Source: Squalus acanthias
Lineage: Eukaryota
Assembly (NCBI GenBank): GCA_030390025.1
Contig: CM059431.1
Span: 108,812,001-108,876,000, forward strand
Length of the DNA stretch: 64,000 nt
Direction of reading: 5' to 3'
Below, one piece after another: positions 49,714 through 63,534 of this stretch (position 1 is the first letter of the stretch; the number at the start of each line of letters is the position of its first letter). Below the pieces are notes generated by a model. That model was given only the letters and a program-made list of their open reading frames with translations. It had not been told where the DNA came from and made no database searches. The translations under genes and the position numbers were made by a program.

Positions 49714-50320
49714 AAAGTGTTCAGACACCGGAGTAAATTTTACGGATGCACACTCCCGACGCATTGCCTTGTCCAGCTGGAGTGCATAGCCGAAAATTGT
49801 GACTTGCCCCCGATTTTCCATTCATTAATATGAGTGGACGTTAAATCACGGGGAGTCTATCCGCAAGTTCTTGGTATGTACTCTCGGCAGTTAAGGCAAT
49901 ATGCCAGGAGTGCCACATTCATAAAATTGACCCTACTATCTACTCCCTGAGGAAATTCTTCAAATTCTGGTTCCCATTCTTGGGCCACTGCCAGCATCAG
50001 GTCAGCACCTTGACAACACTCCCCACATTGCTCACACACCAAGCACCTGGAGCAGGATCCAACCCACCTGAATCGGGTAAACCTAAAGCTCTATTAGAAC
50101 CACCAAAACTCACCAACCTAATACAGTGCCCGCACAACAATATCCACTGACAACATTTCCACTCTCTGTCTCTAAGGTTGCCACAATCCAAGCTCCTCAA
50201 TAAAGCTCAATACCGCGAGGTACCACTTGTAATACGCCACGCAGACTGTATATTGCAAATGCAACTTATGTCAGCATATTGCAACCAAAGTACAATTGTA
50301 TTAAATTAAATGAATCCTTA

Positions 50321-51084
50321 TTCAGGACAGACACAACCACAGGATATCTCCTCGTCCTTCTTTGTGCTCTTGTATGTTCTGTCTCAGCACCTCCTGGAAG
50401 TGAAGTTCTGATATTCTTTTCCTGCAGCTCAGTGTTGCACATAATTAACGCTGGGTTCAAACATGTTTTATTGCAGCATCTAAATTATCCGCGAAAACAT
50501 CTCAGATGGCCAAAGTGGCTGATTCTGCCCCTAGTTAAGGCATCCATGAGTTGTAAGAACAATCATATTCAACGATTTTGTGCATGCACGAATATGTGGA
50601 AAATTGCCTGCAATGCATAAAATGTATGCAAAACAATATTCGTGTCTGTGCAACCACAAAGGTAAATTTGCACATGTGCCAGTAGCAAGTTCCCTCGGTG
50701 CACAAGAAAATATTACTCATTCTATCTTACAAAACTGACAAATTGGCTGATGAATTGGTTGCAATCCATTGTAACATCCTGTATTCTAAGAACACCAAAC
50801 TACAAAAAAAATCCATCCGGCTCCTTAAAGGGTGTCACATACTGTGGTATTTTGAGAGCTGATTGTAAATACAGATATTTATCTACAAGTGGTTATAGTA
50901 CACAATCCAATGCTTAGAGTGATGGAATAAGAGGCAAAAGAGCTGAGTAAAGTACTTGGCTATCATTTGATATTTTTAATCAGTTCTTTGCCTCCTTTTC
51001 AGGACTGACACAACCACAGGATATCTCCTCCTCCTTCTTTGTGCTCTTGTATGTTCTGTCTCAGCACCTCCTGGAAGTGAAGTT
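50321..51084. repeat. 87-bp direct repeat pair (50321-50407, 50998-51084)
   Basis: Two mismatches over 87 bp. Confidence 0.92.
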
Positions 51085-51101
51085 GGAACACATGCCAGCT
51101 A

Positions 51102-51560
51102 GAGTCAGCCATGGTTCAGTTGGTAGCACCCGCACCTCTGGGTCAAGGAATGTTGTGGGTTCATAGTCCCACTCCAGGGACTTGAGCACAAAAATCTAGG
51201 CTGACACTCCAGTCCACTACTGAGGGAGTGCTGCACTGTCAGAGGTGCCGTCTTTTGCATGAGATGTTAACCTGAGGCCTCGTCTTCCCTCTCAGGTGGA
51301 CGTAAAAGATCCCATGACACTATTCTGAAGAAGAGCAGGGGAATTCTCCCTGGTGTCCTGGCCAATGTTTATCACTAAGCAACAGATTATTTGGTCATTA
51401 TCACATTGCTGTTTATGGGAGCTTGCTGTGTGCAGATTGGCCGCCACATTTCCTACATTAAAACAGTGACTACACTTCAAAGAGTACTTCATTGGCTGTA
51501 AAGCGCTTTGGGGCATCTTGAGGTCATGAAAGGCGCTATGTAAATGCGAGTTTTTCTTTT
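51102..51560 (+). mobile_element. Deu-domain SINE (SacSINE1-like)
   Basis: Head, core and tail as in other copies. Confidence 0.88.
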
Positions 51561-53749
51561 ATCTTGGGAACCCCAACTGGGTAAAAAAAAAAGATTGTCA
51601 AAAAATTTGCTAACAATATATCTCAGAGTCTTACTTCTGAAGTCTTCTATACTTTTGTGTAGCTCAATAGTGTCTTAGTTATGAGGGGTGTTCCACATTC
51701 AATAGATTAGTCATATTAGCTGCTGATGCCTGGGTACACCAATCATGCCAGCATTACATTTGGACCTTTATCAGCTGGGCTACAAGGTAGATTAATTAAC
51801 GTTGTGTGTTCCAGTGCGTGTGATGGGGTGGAGGAGGAGTGGTGACGGTGTGATACATCTGTAGAGAGAACTGACACTGTCTTGTCTTCTAGTGGTGCAC
51901 ATCCCACCTGCTCTTCTGTGGAGGGAGATGGGTGTTGAAGGCATGGGCAGCGAATTCATTTCCGCTCTCCGGTGTAGAAGGAATGGGTGAAGGTAAGCAG
52001 CTGGTAATGTGGAGGATGCTAAATGGAAGAAGAAGGGAAGGTGAGCTAGCTGCATGTATTAAAATATATCTACATTTGCTGGGCTTTAAAACCACAGTAA
52101 GCAATCCCAGCTGCAGAGCACCTTGAAGTAGAACAACAATATCCAAAGTCCTCTGGCAGTGCACTCTATTGAATAATAAAAACACTCGCTCAGTGTGCAT
52201 CATCTAGGCGGAGTAATTTAGATACGGCAAAATATCTGTGAAATACATTGATTGCATTATTGATTGAAAAGCCAATTGCTGTTGAATGCCAGTTCTACCA
52301 TTTTAATCCTGACACATTTTGACAGAGGAGCCAACAACTGCTGCTGCCTGGAGACAGCCACAGCTCGACGAGGCAATGGAATGGTGATGGTGTGGGGAGC
52401 GGTTGTTGGCCGGGGTGGTGGGGGGGGGGGGGGGCCGCGGGTGGTGCTGCCTTAAGAAAGTTTTAAAAAATGTAAAAAAAAACCTTTGGATTGCAGAAAT
52501 AAATAAATCTAGAATAAATAATTAATCCCTGCCTTTTTTTGAAAAGCTTTACTTCAAGGTTGATTGAAACTTTAACCTCAGTCTCAATAAAAAAAGCTTC
52601 AAATTTGCCAGACCTTGAATTTTTACAACAGTATGTTGAATTATGCAGCAATCAGTCAATTATTCATCTCTCCCAGCTCGAGATGGCTGTGCTTGAAAAG
52701 CATGCAGAAATGGCTTTGCAGAATGCTATGTATGCTGTGTCAACACATTTCACTCCAGATTGCTTACAAGACAAATTTTTGTTTCAACATTGATTCTATT
52801 TTTTTTTCATGCTGGTTTGTAATAAGGTACCTGTTACAGATCAATTGCAGTCTTTAGGTTTGTGGCTGGAATAAAGGAGTTACTTTATCATATCACTGGA
52901 GCTTCGGTAAGGGTTTTATTGGGTTAGTATACATGACTGGTTAATTTGTATCTCAAAAGCAAGTAGAATATTTTACTATGAGGAAATAAAATACCATTCT
53001 GTACTGCTGTTTCTATTTTACAAGGCTCCTGTTATGCAATACAAATATATTGAACGTTAGATTGTAAATAGACTTAAGCTAATATTTGCCATGATCCTTC
53101 TTAATGCTAAACTTATTTTGCAAGGCGAAGAGCTCATCCAAAATCCTCCCGTCTTAGCCGGGATCAGACATCTTATTGAGGAGGTGAATAATTCCTTGCC
53201 TTGTCCTGCGAATGAAAAACAGAAATAAAAATACGAATAACAGCATCATAAATACAGAAATGTGCATAAATAAATCATCTAGATGCAAGCAGTTTGCTTA
53301 GCTGGCAGTACAATTATGGAAAATGTGCTTGTTTAACAAGAACTATCGAGTATGCTTTTATGCTGCTTTGCCCCTCAGTAATTCATCTCAAGAAAATAGC
53401 ATTTGAATGTACACAAATCCTGAGTGCATTGTTCGCCTGCCACTGTAAATAGCTGACTTCTGTTGTTTTAGCCTCCCTCAGTAACTAAATATCCTTCCAA
53501 TGTCATGATATCATGCAAAGTGCCTCCGTCTTAACCCATTGTAAACCAAATCTCTAACATCTCTGCCTTCTTTGGACTTTTATCAGTCTTAAGCCAATAT
53601 TTCCTCTGGGGTGTGTGTGGGCAGGATGGTGGGATGGGGGTGAGAAATGCTTATTTAAATTTCAAATAACCTATCGAAAGCAAACATTGAAAATGTTCTG
53701 TCTTGCCTCAGCAGCATTGGATTGGGGAGGGGGGGAAAAATAGTCAGGT

Positions 53750-53886
53750 TAGAACATAAAAACATAAGAAATAGGAGCAGGAGTAGGCCATAGGGCCCTT
53801 CGAGCCTGCTCCGCCATTCAACAAGATCATGGCTGACCTTTGACATCAACTCCACTTTCCCGCCTAATCCTCTTGATTTCCTTAAT
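53750..53886 (-). mobile_element. CR1 3' UTR and tail
   Basis: AGAACATAAAAACATAAGAAATAGGAGCAGGAGTAGGCC. Confidence 0.8.
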
Positions 53887-54998
53887 GCCGAAATATCATT
53901 TGGCTTCGCTATGCAGTGACACCTGCTGGAAAGCGAGCGTGCTTGAGGGAATCAGGATTGGCCATGAGGACCGCCCCCAAGTAACGTAACCAACTGGCGT
54001 TCAGCAGGCTCACAGGCGAAGAATGGGCAACATGCCGCCCAAACGGCCAGTACCCGTGATTACTTCGAGGACGAGAAGAGAGAGGAAAAAAAAATTGCAA
54101 GAGAGAAGAAAATGCTTAGGTTTTTAAAAAAGCAAAAAAAAAATGCAAAATGCAGGTTTGCAGTAAATTGGATCACAACGGATAGACTTTCTGCAGTCAT
54201 TAGTCTCATTTGGAAAAAAATGTGCTAAAAGGCTTTGGGTTGCTAAAGTTCATGGTTAATTTATTAGACAATTGTTCCCTGGAGTTGTGAGGAACACTTT
54301 CTGGGATTGGTAATAAAATAAACTGCTAGCAGAAGATGTGGAGCTCCTACTTTTACTCAGTAAGTTGTACTGCGTCTCCGTGAGGTGTTGTTTGTTGCGG
54401 AGGTGATTTTAAAGATCATTAGCAACAATAATTTCTCTGCTCACATGATTTATGGTGTGTTGTGTTGTTTATTTTCCAAAAAGTGCCCTCCCTTAAATTA
54501 ACACCCCTGGGCTCTAATTCAAAAGGTAAGCATTAATTTGGCCACAGTTATTAGCATTGCATAGTCTCAGCATTTAAATTGGAACACAGAGTCCAGTGCA
54601 CAAATGAATCATTGTTAATACAATATCTTGGCTTTAAATGATTTTTACAGATATTTTTCGTAACTGGAGTTTTTGTATTTAAAGAAAAACAGAACATTTT
54701 AAGAAGTTGAAATAGATCATTTTCAACAGGCTCCAATCAAGTAGGATTGAACGTAATTTTTCACTCTGGTAGGACATTCAGGAATATATCGCAATATTTT
54801 CTTCATTATTCCAATGAAGTTCAACGTAAGCGCGAGGAACAGCACCTCATCTTTTTATGAGGCACTTTACAGCCTTCGAGTCTCAACATTGAGTTTAACA
54901 ATTTCAGATCATAACCTCTGCCCCTATTTTTTTCGATGGCAGCTGTTACTGATGATTCTGATATTCCCATTTACACCTTCTCTAGACATAGGAACATA

Positions 54999-55760
54999 AC
55001 GGGAAAAATTTGGTTGATTTGCGCCTCCCATTAGCACCCTAAGAGGGCACTAACGGGGCGCAGTGTAACTAGCACCTGGGCGTGGCGCTGCTAATGCCTC
55101 CCACGAAATTCAGCGGTTAGCGGTAGCGGTAACCATTAGCGCCCCGCGGCGCTGCGCTGCCGGCAATTACGTCATCACCGTGCGCAGCGCCCCACTCGCG
55201 CCCCGGCCGCGATCTTCGATAGCGCCCTGACTTACCTTCGGACGCTATGTCCGACAGGGTCAGGGGGGCCTACCTGCGGCCGGGGCGGCGCAAGTTAAAG
55301 GGGAGGTGCCGGGCGGCCATTTTTGTTGCTGGCCGCCTGCCACCACCTGCCCCCATTGCTGTCCCTGGCCTCCTGTGAAGCCCCCACGCGGAGTGCCGGC
55401 TATGCTCCGTGAGCCCGGCAGTTCTCTTGAGTGCCGGGCTCTTTTGCCAGCACTCCGATCCCTGGTGGCCCAGCTGGGCCCCGGGTCGCGCTGCGCTAGG
55501 CCCCTCCCCTTTAAGAAGGGGCGGAAGGCCTGCAGTACCGCGGCGCGACGTGCCACAGAGCGTGGCGCTGCTGCACATAACACCGCGATATTCACTTGCA
55601 GCGCCCCAAGAGGGAGTCAGGGCACTTCCAGTAGCGCCCCGCCTCCCTCTTGGGGCACTACCAGTGAATTTCGGGCGCGGGGGTGCTAACTTTTTCGGGA
55701 CGAAGTTAGCGCCCCGGCGATGTTAGCGCTCCAAAGGGGGCGCGACCCAATTTTGCCCCC
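54999..55760. mobile_element. Harbinger family-B-like non-autonomous element with ATA TSD
   Basis: ATA|ACGGGAAAAATTTGG ... CCAATTTTGCCCCC|ATA; left arm resembles the reverse complement of 33330-33432; TAGCGC motifs. Confidence 0.8.
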
Positions 55761-56311
55761 ATAGGTACAGGAGCAGGCCATTGAGCCCCTCGAGCCTATT
55801 CTGCCATTCAATGAGGTCATGGCTGATCTATGATCTAACTCCATATACCCGCCTTTGGCTCATATCACTTAATACCTTTGGTTAACCAAATTCTATCAAT
55901 CTCAGATTTAAATTAAGAATTGATCTAGCATCAATTGCCGTTTGTGGAAGAGAGTTCTAAACTTCTACCACCCTTTGTGTGTAGAAGTGTTTCTTAATTT
56001 CACTCCTGAAAGGTCTGGCTCTAATTTTTAGACTATGCCCCCGTCCGAGACTCCCCAACCAGCAGAAATAGTTTCTCTCTATCTATCCTATCTGTTCCCC
56101 TTAATATCCTGAAAACTTTGACCAGATCACCCCTTAACCTTCTAAATTCTAGGGAATATCACCCTAATTTGTGTAATCTCTCCTCGGAATTTAACCCTTG
56201 AAGTCCGGGTATCATTCTGGTAAACCTACGCTGCACTCCCTCCAAGGCCAATATATCCTTCCTGAGGTGTGGTGCCCAGAACTGCTCACAGTACTCCAGG
56301 TGTGGTCTAGA
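55761..56311 (-). mobile_element. CR1 3' fragment; tail continues at 54986-54998
   Basis: Close reverse complement of 15604-16160. Confidence 0.9.
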
Positions 56312-56640
56312 CCCATCTTTTGTTTCTTAACTTGTCCCATTACCATCTCCTTTTGCCTTGCACCATCATCCCTTTTGTCTCTTAATCTCTCCTGCCTTCC
56401 ACCCGATCACAGACCTTCCCTTTTGTTCTTTCCTCCCCTCCCCACTTTTCCTGCCTCTGCACTTGCTTAAAAACCTGTTCCATCTCTAACCTTTTCCAGT
56501 TCTGACGAAAGGTCATCGACCTGAAACGTTAACTCTGTTTCTCTCTCCACAGATGCTGTCTGACCTGCTGAGTATTTCCAGCATTTTTTGTTTCTATTTC
56601 AGATTTCTAGCATCAGCAGTATTTTGCTTTTGTTTTGCTT
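56312..56640 (+). mobile_element. Penelope-like terminal fragment
   Basis: 56495-56630 is the reverse complement of 29187-29320. Confidence 0.8.
56498..56534 (+). ncRNA. Minimal type I hammerhead ribozyme motif
   Basis: AGTT-CTGACGA-A-AGGTC-atc-GACCT-GAAA-CGTT-AACT. Confidence 0.78.
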
Positions 56641-57539
56641 CAATATTTTTCTCTTTAATTTTGCAAATGCCTTTACATATTTGTTAAACTAATGAGCAGA
56701 GATTAGCTAAATATTAGCAATAGATTGTTTCGGAAAAGATATGGGGAGACTTTCTCTGTGTGTTAGCTGTAGTGAAATTGTAAACTTGCTTATAAAGAAC
56801 GGATTTATGATTAATTTGCCATACCGTATGCGCAGAGGAAATCAACTGTGACTATGAGCTTAAAAAATGGTGCGATCTGAGGAGTTGAAGGATATGAATT
56901 GCTAGACAGCCACGAGGCAACAGAGTGAACAGTAGGCACTGGGGAACTCCAGCGTTTCAGATACAATTGCTCCTGTTTCCATTCCAAAAGACATACTGCT
57001 TGAAATGTGGATTGTAGAGTTTCACAATATAGTCAACCACTGTTAAATGCCTCAACGCAGCCCCTTCATCCTCATCATTGCTCTTCAGGATCATCACTTG
57101 AAGCACCGAACAAACCATTCCTGAACTCCATGAACTGTTAATATTGTAACTAGTGGCTGCACATATTAGTTGCTTCCCCAGATCCGAGCTCCTCTGACTC
57201 TCCGTCTATCTTCTTCCTGCCCTACATGCTTTTCTACCTCATCTCCAGCCTTTCCTCTCCCCAGTCTTGGCCTCTCCTATTCCTTCCCTTCTTCCTGACT
57301 CACTGCGCTATGCCCATGTTGATCTCCGATCCCATCCATTTCAATTTCCCTGCTGAACTCTTAACGAGCCATTATCCCAGGCTCTGGTCGCTCCTGGACT
57401 GACCAACAACATCCACTTGTGCTAAATTGACTGAAAGCTGGCTCACTGATAGAGGTGCTTTCTTTCTCACTGAGAATGTCTTAGCAGGCTATATAATCCA
57501 CCCTGGCCCCCACCTGAATTGCTATGCAGTCCATGGCGC

Positions 57540-57960
57540 ATAAGAACATAGGAACAAGAGTAGGCCATTCAGCCCCTCGAGCTTATTCCGCCATTTAATT
57601 AGATCATGGCTGATCTGTACCTCAACTCCATCTACCCGCCTTTGATCCTTATCCCTTAATACCCAAACCTAACAATAAATTCTATCAAAATCTCAGTCTT
57701 GAAAGTTTCCATTGACCCAGCAACCACAAGCATTTGTGAGGAGAGAGTTCCAGATTTCCACTACCCTTTGTGTGGAAGAAGTGCTTCCCGATCCCACTCC
57801 TGAATGGTCTGGCTCTAATTTTAAGATTATGCCCACTTGTTCTTGATTCCTTACCGGAAGAAATAGTTTCATTTTAACCTGTAAAATCCTTTTATCATTG
57901 TGAACACCTGGATTGGATTAGCCCTCACGTTTCCATATTCAAGGGAATACAAGACAAGTG
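57540..57960 (-). mobile_element. CR1 3' fragment; further piece at ~58615-58705
   Basis: CATAAGAACATAGGAACAAGAGTAGGCC tail and CR1 C-terminal coding remnants. Confidence 0.85.
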
Positions 57961-57965
57961 TATGC

Positions 57966-58605
57966 GACTGGACCAGCCACATAAATACTGCGGCTACAAG
58001 AGCAGGTCAGAGGCTGGGTATTCTGTGGCAAGTGACTCACCTCCTGAGTCCCCAAAGCCTTTCCACCATCAACAAGGCACAAGCCAGGAGTGTGATGGAA
58101 TACTCTCCACTTGCCTGGATGAGTGCAGCTCCAACAACACTCAAGAAGCTCGACACCATCCAGGACAAAGCAGCCCGCTTGATTGGCACACCATTCACCA
58201 CCTTAAACATTCACACCCTCCACCATCAGTACACCATGGCTGCAGTGTATACCATCTACAAGATGCACTGCAGCAACTCGCCCAGGCTTTTTTGGCAGCA
58301 CCTCCCAAATCCGCAACCTCAACCACCTAGAAGGACAAGGGCAGCAGGTGCATGGGAACTCCACTACCTCCAAGTTCCCCTCCAAGTCACACACTATCCT
58401 GACTTGGAAATATATCGCCATTTCTTCATCGTCGCTGGGTCAAAATCCTGGAACTCCCTCCCTAACAGGACTGTGGGATTACCTTCACCACACGGACTGC
58501 AGCGGTTCAAGAAGGCGGCTCACCACCACCTTCTCAAGGGCAATTAGGAATGGGCAATAAATGCTGGCCTTGCCAGTGACATCCACATCCTGTGAATGAA
58601 TAATT
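57966..58605 (+). mobile_element. CR1/L2-group LINE 3' end (distinct subfamily)
   Basis: WTSHINT..KAQARSVMEYSPLAWMSAAPTTLKKLDTIQDKAARLIG..WNSLP..RFKKAAHHHLL; UTR GGGCAATAAATGCTGGCCTTGCCAG. Confidence 0.88.
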
Positions 58606-59187
58606 TAGAAAAAAAATCTGCCCACATAATTTAAACCTTTTAGCCTCTGTATCATTCTGGTAAATCTGCACTGCACCCCCTCGAAGGCTAATATGTCCTT
58701 CCCGAGAGACACTCATCTTTGGGTCTAATTTTGCCCTATCCCCTTACTCATCCACCTCACACTCTACCACCTCTGCTTCGAAATCCTCATTGTTTACGAC
58801 CTCCCATCCCACAGGCTACCCAGTACCTTCCTTTCTGAATGATTTTCCCTTCTCTTCTCACTTGCTCTCTGCACCGATTGTCTCCTCATCCCTGGCAACT
58901 TAAACCTGCATCTAAAACTTACCTTGCCCTGCCTCATCTGATTTCACTGTCCTCCTCACATCTCGCAGCCTCCCGCTTCACTTAAACTCCGCCGCCCACT
59001 TCCATGGGCGAACCTTTGACTTCACATGAAACCTCACCCTGTCAATCACTGACAGGACCACTTCCTCATTGCTTTGCTCCCCACCTTATCATTCTGTCTT
59101 TGGGGGTAAGAAACTACCACCAACTTCCTCAGCAATGCCATAACCCCTAATTCCCTCCCCGTTGACTCAGTACCTGCACCAGCATTT

Positions 59188-59976
59188 GGGTGCGATCTTG
59201 CCAGCCCTGGGGAGGCGGGTTTGGAGGCGGGACTGCCGGGAAAATGGCAGAATCTGGGGGCGGGTGCCCATCCCGCCTCCGTGCCATCTTGCCAGGAGGC
59301 AGGGTAGCCGACCCGCGCCGGGTCCCATCTCCTTGGAGGTGGGAAGGGGATTACAGCCACTTAACTGCCTGTTAACAGGTAGGTAACAGCCATTTGACCC
59401 ACACTGTGCAGGCTTCCCGAAGGCTGCGAACCCTGTCAGGGTCACCGAGGCGAGCAGTGGGTCTGCGGGGGTCGGAGGGGTGCAAAAGTGCGCTGTGGAG
59501 GTAAGTGATGGGTGCAAGTGTGGAGAGGTGAGTATGTGAGGTAAGTGGAAAGTGTTAGAAAAAGTTTACTTACCTTTGTTTCTTCCTACAGGCTTCAAGC
59601 ATTAGGGATGTGGAGAGTCTCGCATCTCACCAGCAGAGATGACAGATGGCTGCTGCATTCTCCAATGCAACAACCATCTAATTTCTGCTAAAGAAAGAGG
59701 TTTGATGAGTCTTGAATTCAAGAACTCATCAAACTACAGAGAATGTCAAACGATGACAATTCATCTGTCAAAAATTTTTGACAGGTGAAACATCATACGC
59801 TGGCGTTCTCTGTAACCGGCTTTCCCTTAATTGGCCTGCTAAGTCCGCTGGGCGGGCTTAACAAGGTCAATCAAGGGAAAATAGCGTGCGTTGGCCACAA
59901 GTCGATGGAGGCGGGACTAAAACCCGACAAGTGGGAGTCCCGCCTCCAAAAGCTCCTCATTGACAAAATCCAGCCC
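59188..59976. mobile_element. Harbinger-derived MITE (~800 bp family)
   Basis: GGGTGCGATCTTGCC ... CAAAATCCAGCCC; colinear with 9664-10454 and 48868-49713. Confidence 0.88.
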
Positions 59977-62204
59977 ATTGTCTCCATCAATCTACTCCAT
60001 AACTGCCTTGACGTCACTCTAATTTCGTCATCACCACCAGATTATACACAGTCTCCCAACCCACCATTTGCCCTACTACCAAAAGCCATCCTTGTGGGCT
60101 CAGCATGGACTGTAGACCACAGAATATCAGCAGGTCTAGTTTGACAACTTCAAACAGTACTGTCACTCGCTCCAAACAATCAACTTTCCTATAGTTCCAG
60201 AGTGCAAGACAATCCCAACCTCCTTCCTCCACATCCTCCAACCTCACTTGTGATAATAAATGTGAGTATCTTATGGACTTCTTTGTGTCTAAAATTGAGG
60301 CCATCTGCTTGTCAGCCGTGACTCCTTCACCTCCGCACAGCCCTCCTCCCAATTTAACACCCTCCTTGGTCAAGACCATTTTCTTTCATTTATACAGCAT
60401 CTGCCAGTTATACCCCTACCTCTCCTGCACTGCTATACAAACCCTAATTCATGCTTCATCACTTCCAATGCTTTCCTCACTGGCCTCATAAATGTCAGTT
60501 AATTCATAACTCTGTGCCCCATGCCTTCACCGGCACAAAATCTCACACATCTATCAATACCAACCAATTTTCACTGGCTCTCTATGTTCTAGAACTAGAT
60601 TTCTGGATGCTTGTCCTTGCCTTCAAATCCCTTCACAGCTTCAGTGCGCCCTATCTGAGCAATCTGCTCCGCTCTATATCCCAGGCTTTACCCTCCATGC
60701 CACTGACGACAGAGTACTTCTTGTTCTCTGCTCCACCATCAGAGTTTGGTCTTTCAATCTCTACAGTGTCTTCTAGATTCTCTCCCAAAGTTGCTTTCAC
60801 TTGCCGTGCCTTCTGTTGCCTCGGCCCTAAGCTCTGGAATTCCCTCCCTAAACCTCTCCGCCTCGCTACCTCTCTTTCCTCCTTTAAGACACTGCTTAAA
60901 ACCTACCTCTTTGACTGAAGCTTTTGGTCACCTGCCCTAATTTATCCTTATGTGGCTCGCTGTCAAATTTTTTTGTCTTAAAATACTCCTGTGCAGCGCC
61001 TTGGGACGTTTTACTACATTAAAGGTGCTATATAAATACAAGTTGTTGTTGTTGTTGTCTGCCTTCAAAAGCCTCCTAATAACCCTTCTCTTTCACCGTG
61101 GCTTCAGCATCCCCCCTCCTCCCCAAGTTTCCTTTCTTTTTAACTATTCAGTCTTCTTTCCCATTTATTAAGCACTCCAAGATGTTTTCATTTAATTCAG
61201 GAGTGCAGTATAATCGCAAGTTGTGTTATTGTAATTACATCAGTCAAATTCCATTGCTGATTAATGCAGAGAATGGGTTTAATACAAATCAGTTGTTATT
61301 CCACAAGATGGACGGAAGTGAAAGTGATTTTCATCACTTAAAGGATTTATCCTTGCTCCAGACGCAGTGAAAGCCTAACCTTAAGTCAATATTGCAATGC
61401 AGACAGTTTATTACTGACGCTTATTTGTGTGAAATGCTGTCATAATTCACAAAGGCTGAAGATTCCTGGGGTCTTACATATTCATCAGATAATTATCTGT
61501 AATGCACAGTCAAGATTGCAATAGCTTTTATTCATTCTGCATGGAACAGATTGTGACTTGTAAAATCAATACTTCACCTAAACAAAAATACAAAGCTATT
61601 TTGTGGATTTTTCACCATAATGTGAGAAAAGTCAGTGCTGCAGAATGGAACATTTTCTACTGTTTACACCAGTAGCAACATCAAACTTGCAGGCCAGATA
61701 TATCAGAGTTATAATAGGAAGGTACCCTAATGCACTGTCTAAGATCACCCCTTACTGCTACACTTAACAGTAGCCATCCTTACACATGAAACAGCCAATT
61801 ATTTTAGCCAGCTGTATGCCACAAGATCTCACTCAGTGACAATTGGAATCACTCCTCATCATTCCTTACCTGAAGGATTAGGCCATGTCACTAAACATCC
61901 CTACCTTGAATGTACAGAACTTTGTACCGAGATATGACTCTGTGGTTTGGATTTTCCTCTTTCCGATGGAGGAGGGTTCAGGGAGACTTGCTGTCCTGAC
62001 TTTGACCCATTGTCCTGGGTCAGGGGTCATTATCTATGCAGGACACCTGCTGCACTGGAAGAGGAGGGAACATGCTCAAAAGGCAGCAGAAGAGCCCCAG
62101 GGAAAACTCAAACTAACTATGATTGTGTGAGTTGCCCTTGATCTGTAGAGGAGTTAAATCATGCACATATTTACTTGTTCCATGCTTTCTTAATTTTTTT
62201 TAAC

Positions 62205-62605
62205 TTATGCATTCACGGGATGGGGGCATCATTGGCAAGGCCAGCATTTATTGCCCATCCCTATTTGAGAAGGTGGTGGTGAGCTGCCTTCTTGAAGTGC
62301 TGCAGTCCATGTGGTGAAGGTACTCCCACAGTGCTGTTAGGCCCATCCAGTTTTTGATACAACTGAGTGGCTTGCTCGGCCATTTCAGAGGGCAGCTAAG
62401 AGTCAACCACATTGCTGTGGGTCTGGAGTCACATATAGGCCAGACCAGGTAAGGACGGCAGGTTTCCTTCCCTAAAGGGGTACCATTTTCATGGTCACTA
62501 CTACTAATAATAGCTTTTTATTCCAGATTTATTTAATTGCCATGGTGGGATTTGAACTCACGTCTCTGGATTACTAGTCCAGTAACATAACTACTGTGCT
62601 ACCGT
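62205..62605 (-). mobile_element. tRNA-derived SINE with 3' tail shared with the 57966-58605 LINE
   Basis: Head GGTAGCACAGTAGTTATGTTAC..GAGTTCAAATCCC; 62210-62340 is homologous to the reverse complement of 58460-58600. Confidence 0.8.
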
Positions 62606-62817
62606 AGCCCTATATGCTCTTAATACGTTCAGTCTCGGGCTTCTTTTACAATTTGGGAGGGGTGTTGTTCCAGTATCCTGTTATTTATTGTTTCAGTTAA
62701 TTTTGTGCTCATTAAGGTAAGGATTATTAGCACTGGGGAATGAAACACCTTCCATTTCAAGCACTGAGTGTCAGCAACAACTCCTCTCAGGTCAGATAAA
62801 GTACAGCTAGACACATA

Positions 62818-63002
62818 GGGTGGAACTTATGACTTCACCAGGGACTTAAAACAGGCGACAGTGGATCGGCTGCCCACTATACATGCCAATCGACTTTCTT
62901 TTCTATTGGAATCAATGGAAAGTAAAATCGTGCACGGTATATAATGGGTCACCAACCCATTAGTGCCCGTTTTATGTCCTGCCAAAGTTAAAAGTTCTGC
63001 CC
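62818..63002. mobile_element. 185-bp MITE with ATA TSD
   Basis: ATA|GGGTGGAACTTATGACTT ... AAGTTAAAAGTTCTGCCC|ATA. Confidence 0.65.
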
Positions 63003-63534
63003 ATAGTAAAGCTTCCTCTATTGTGCCCCAAAAATGTACCTCAGCTCTAACCTCAGAAGAACCCCCCCGATTGAATTGTTTTTTCCTGTTTCACACATCA
63101 GCCATCCTGTGGCATACCGGAGTGAGACAGTGCCTAATTAAGATTGGTTTCATGCTGTAAACCCATCCACATTCAAAACTGAATTAAGATACCCAAACTA
63201 ATTTTGCATAGGACCCTTACAGCCAGCAACAAAGAGTTCCATGCCATCATTCTGGGCTCAATTCGACTCAGTTTTATTCTCTGCACCACTTAGTCCCTGC
63301 ATTTACTGCTCCCAGAATCACAGTGCATGGGCACTCAGGACTGTCGCAGATTCTTTGAGTAGTTATAAGGGGCTCACTTCCAAATGGTGATCTTACTCCT
63401 GAAGACCTAGAAAGCTCACCAGCATAAGGGAAGAAATTGGTCCCCGTCACGCTCGCTTATTGGGGAAAATATTTGCGTTAGAGTGACTAATTTCCGCACT
63501 TGATCTCTTGCACCCAATTGTCCCCTCCTAGGCG

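Larger units (their letters stand above)
57300..61056 (+). mobile_element. Long degraded L2 LINE, interrupted several times; 60800-61056 is a better-preserved 3' end
   Basis: Endonuclease-like remnants (TESWLT ~57430; ILIVY..LLIPGNLNLH ~58780-58910), DFFVSKIEAI, RAFCCLGPKLWNSLP..FKTLLKTYLFD, (GTT)n tail. Confidence 0.65.

Noticed and set aside
54999..55760. CpG-island host promoter
   Set aside because: GC-rich sequence is bounded by TIR-like ends and a TSD and is homologous to other Harbinger ends.
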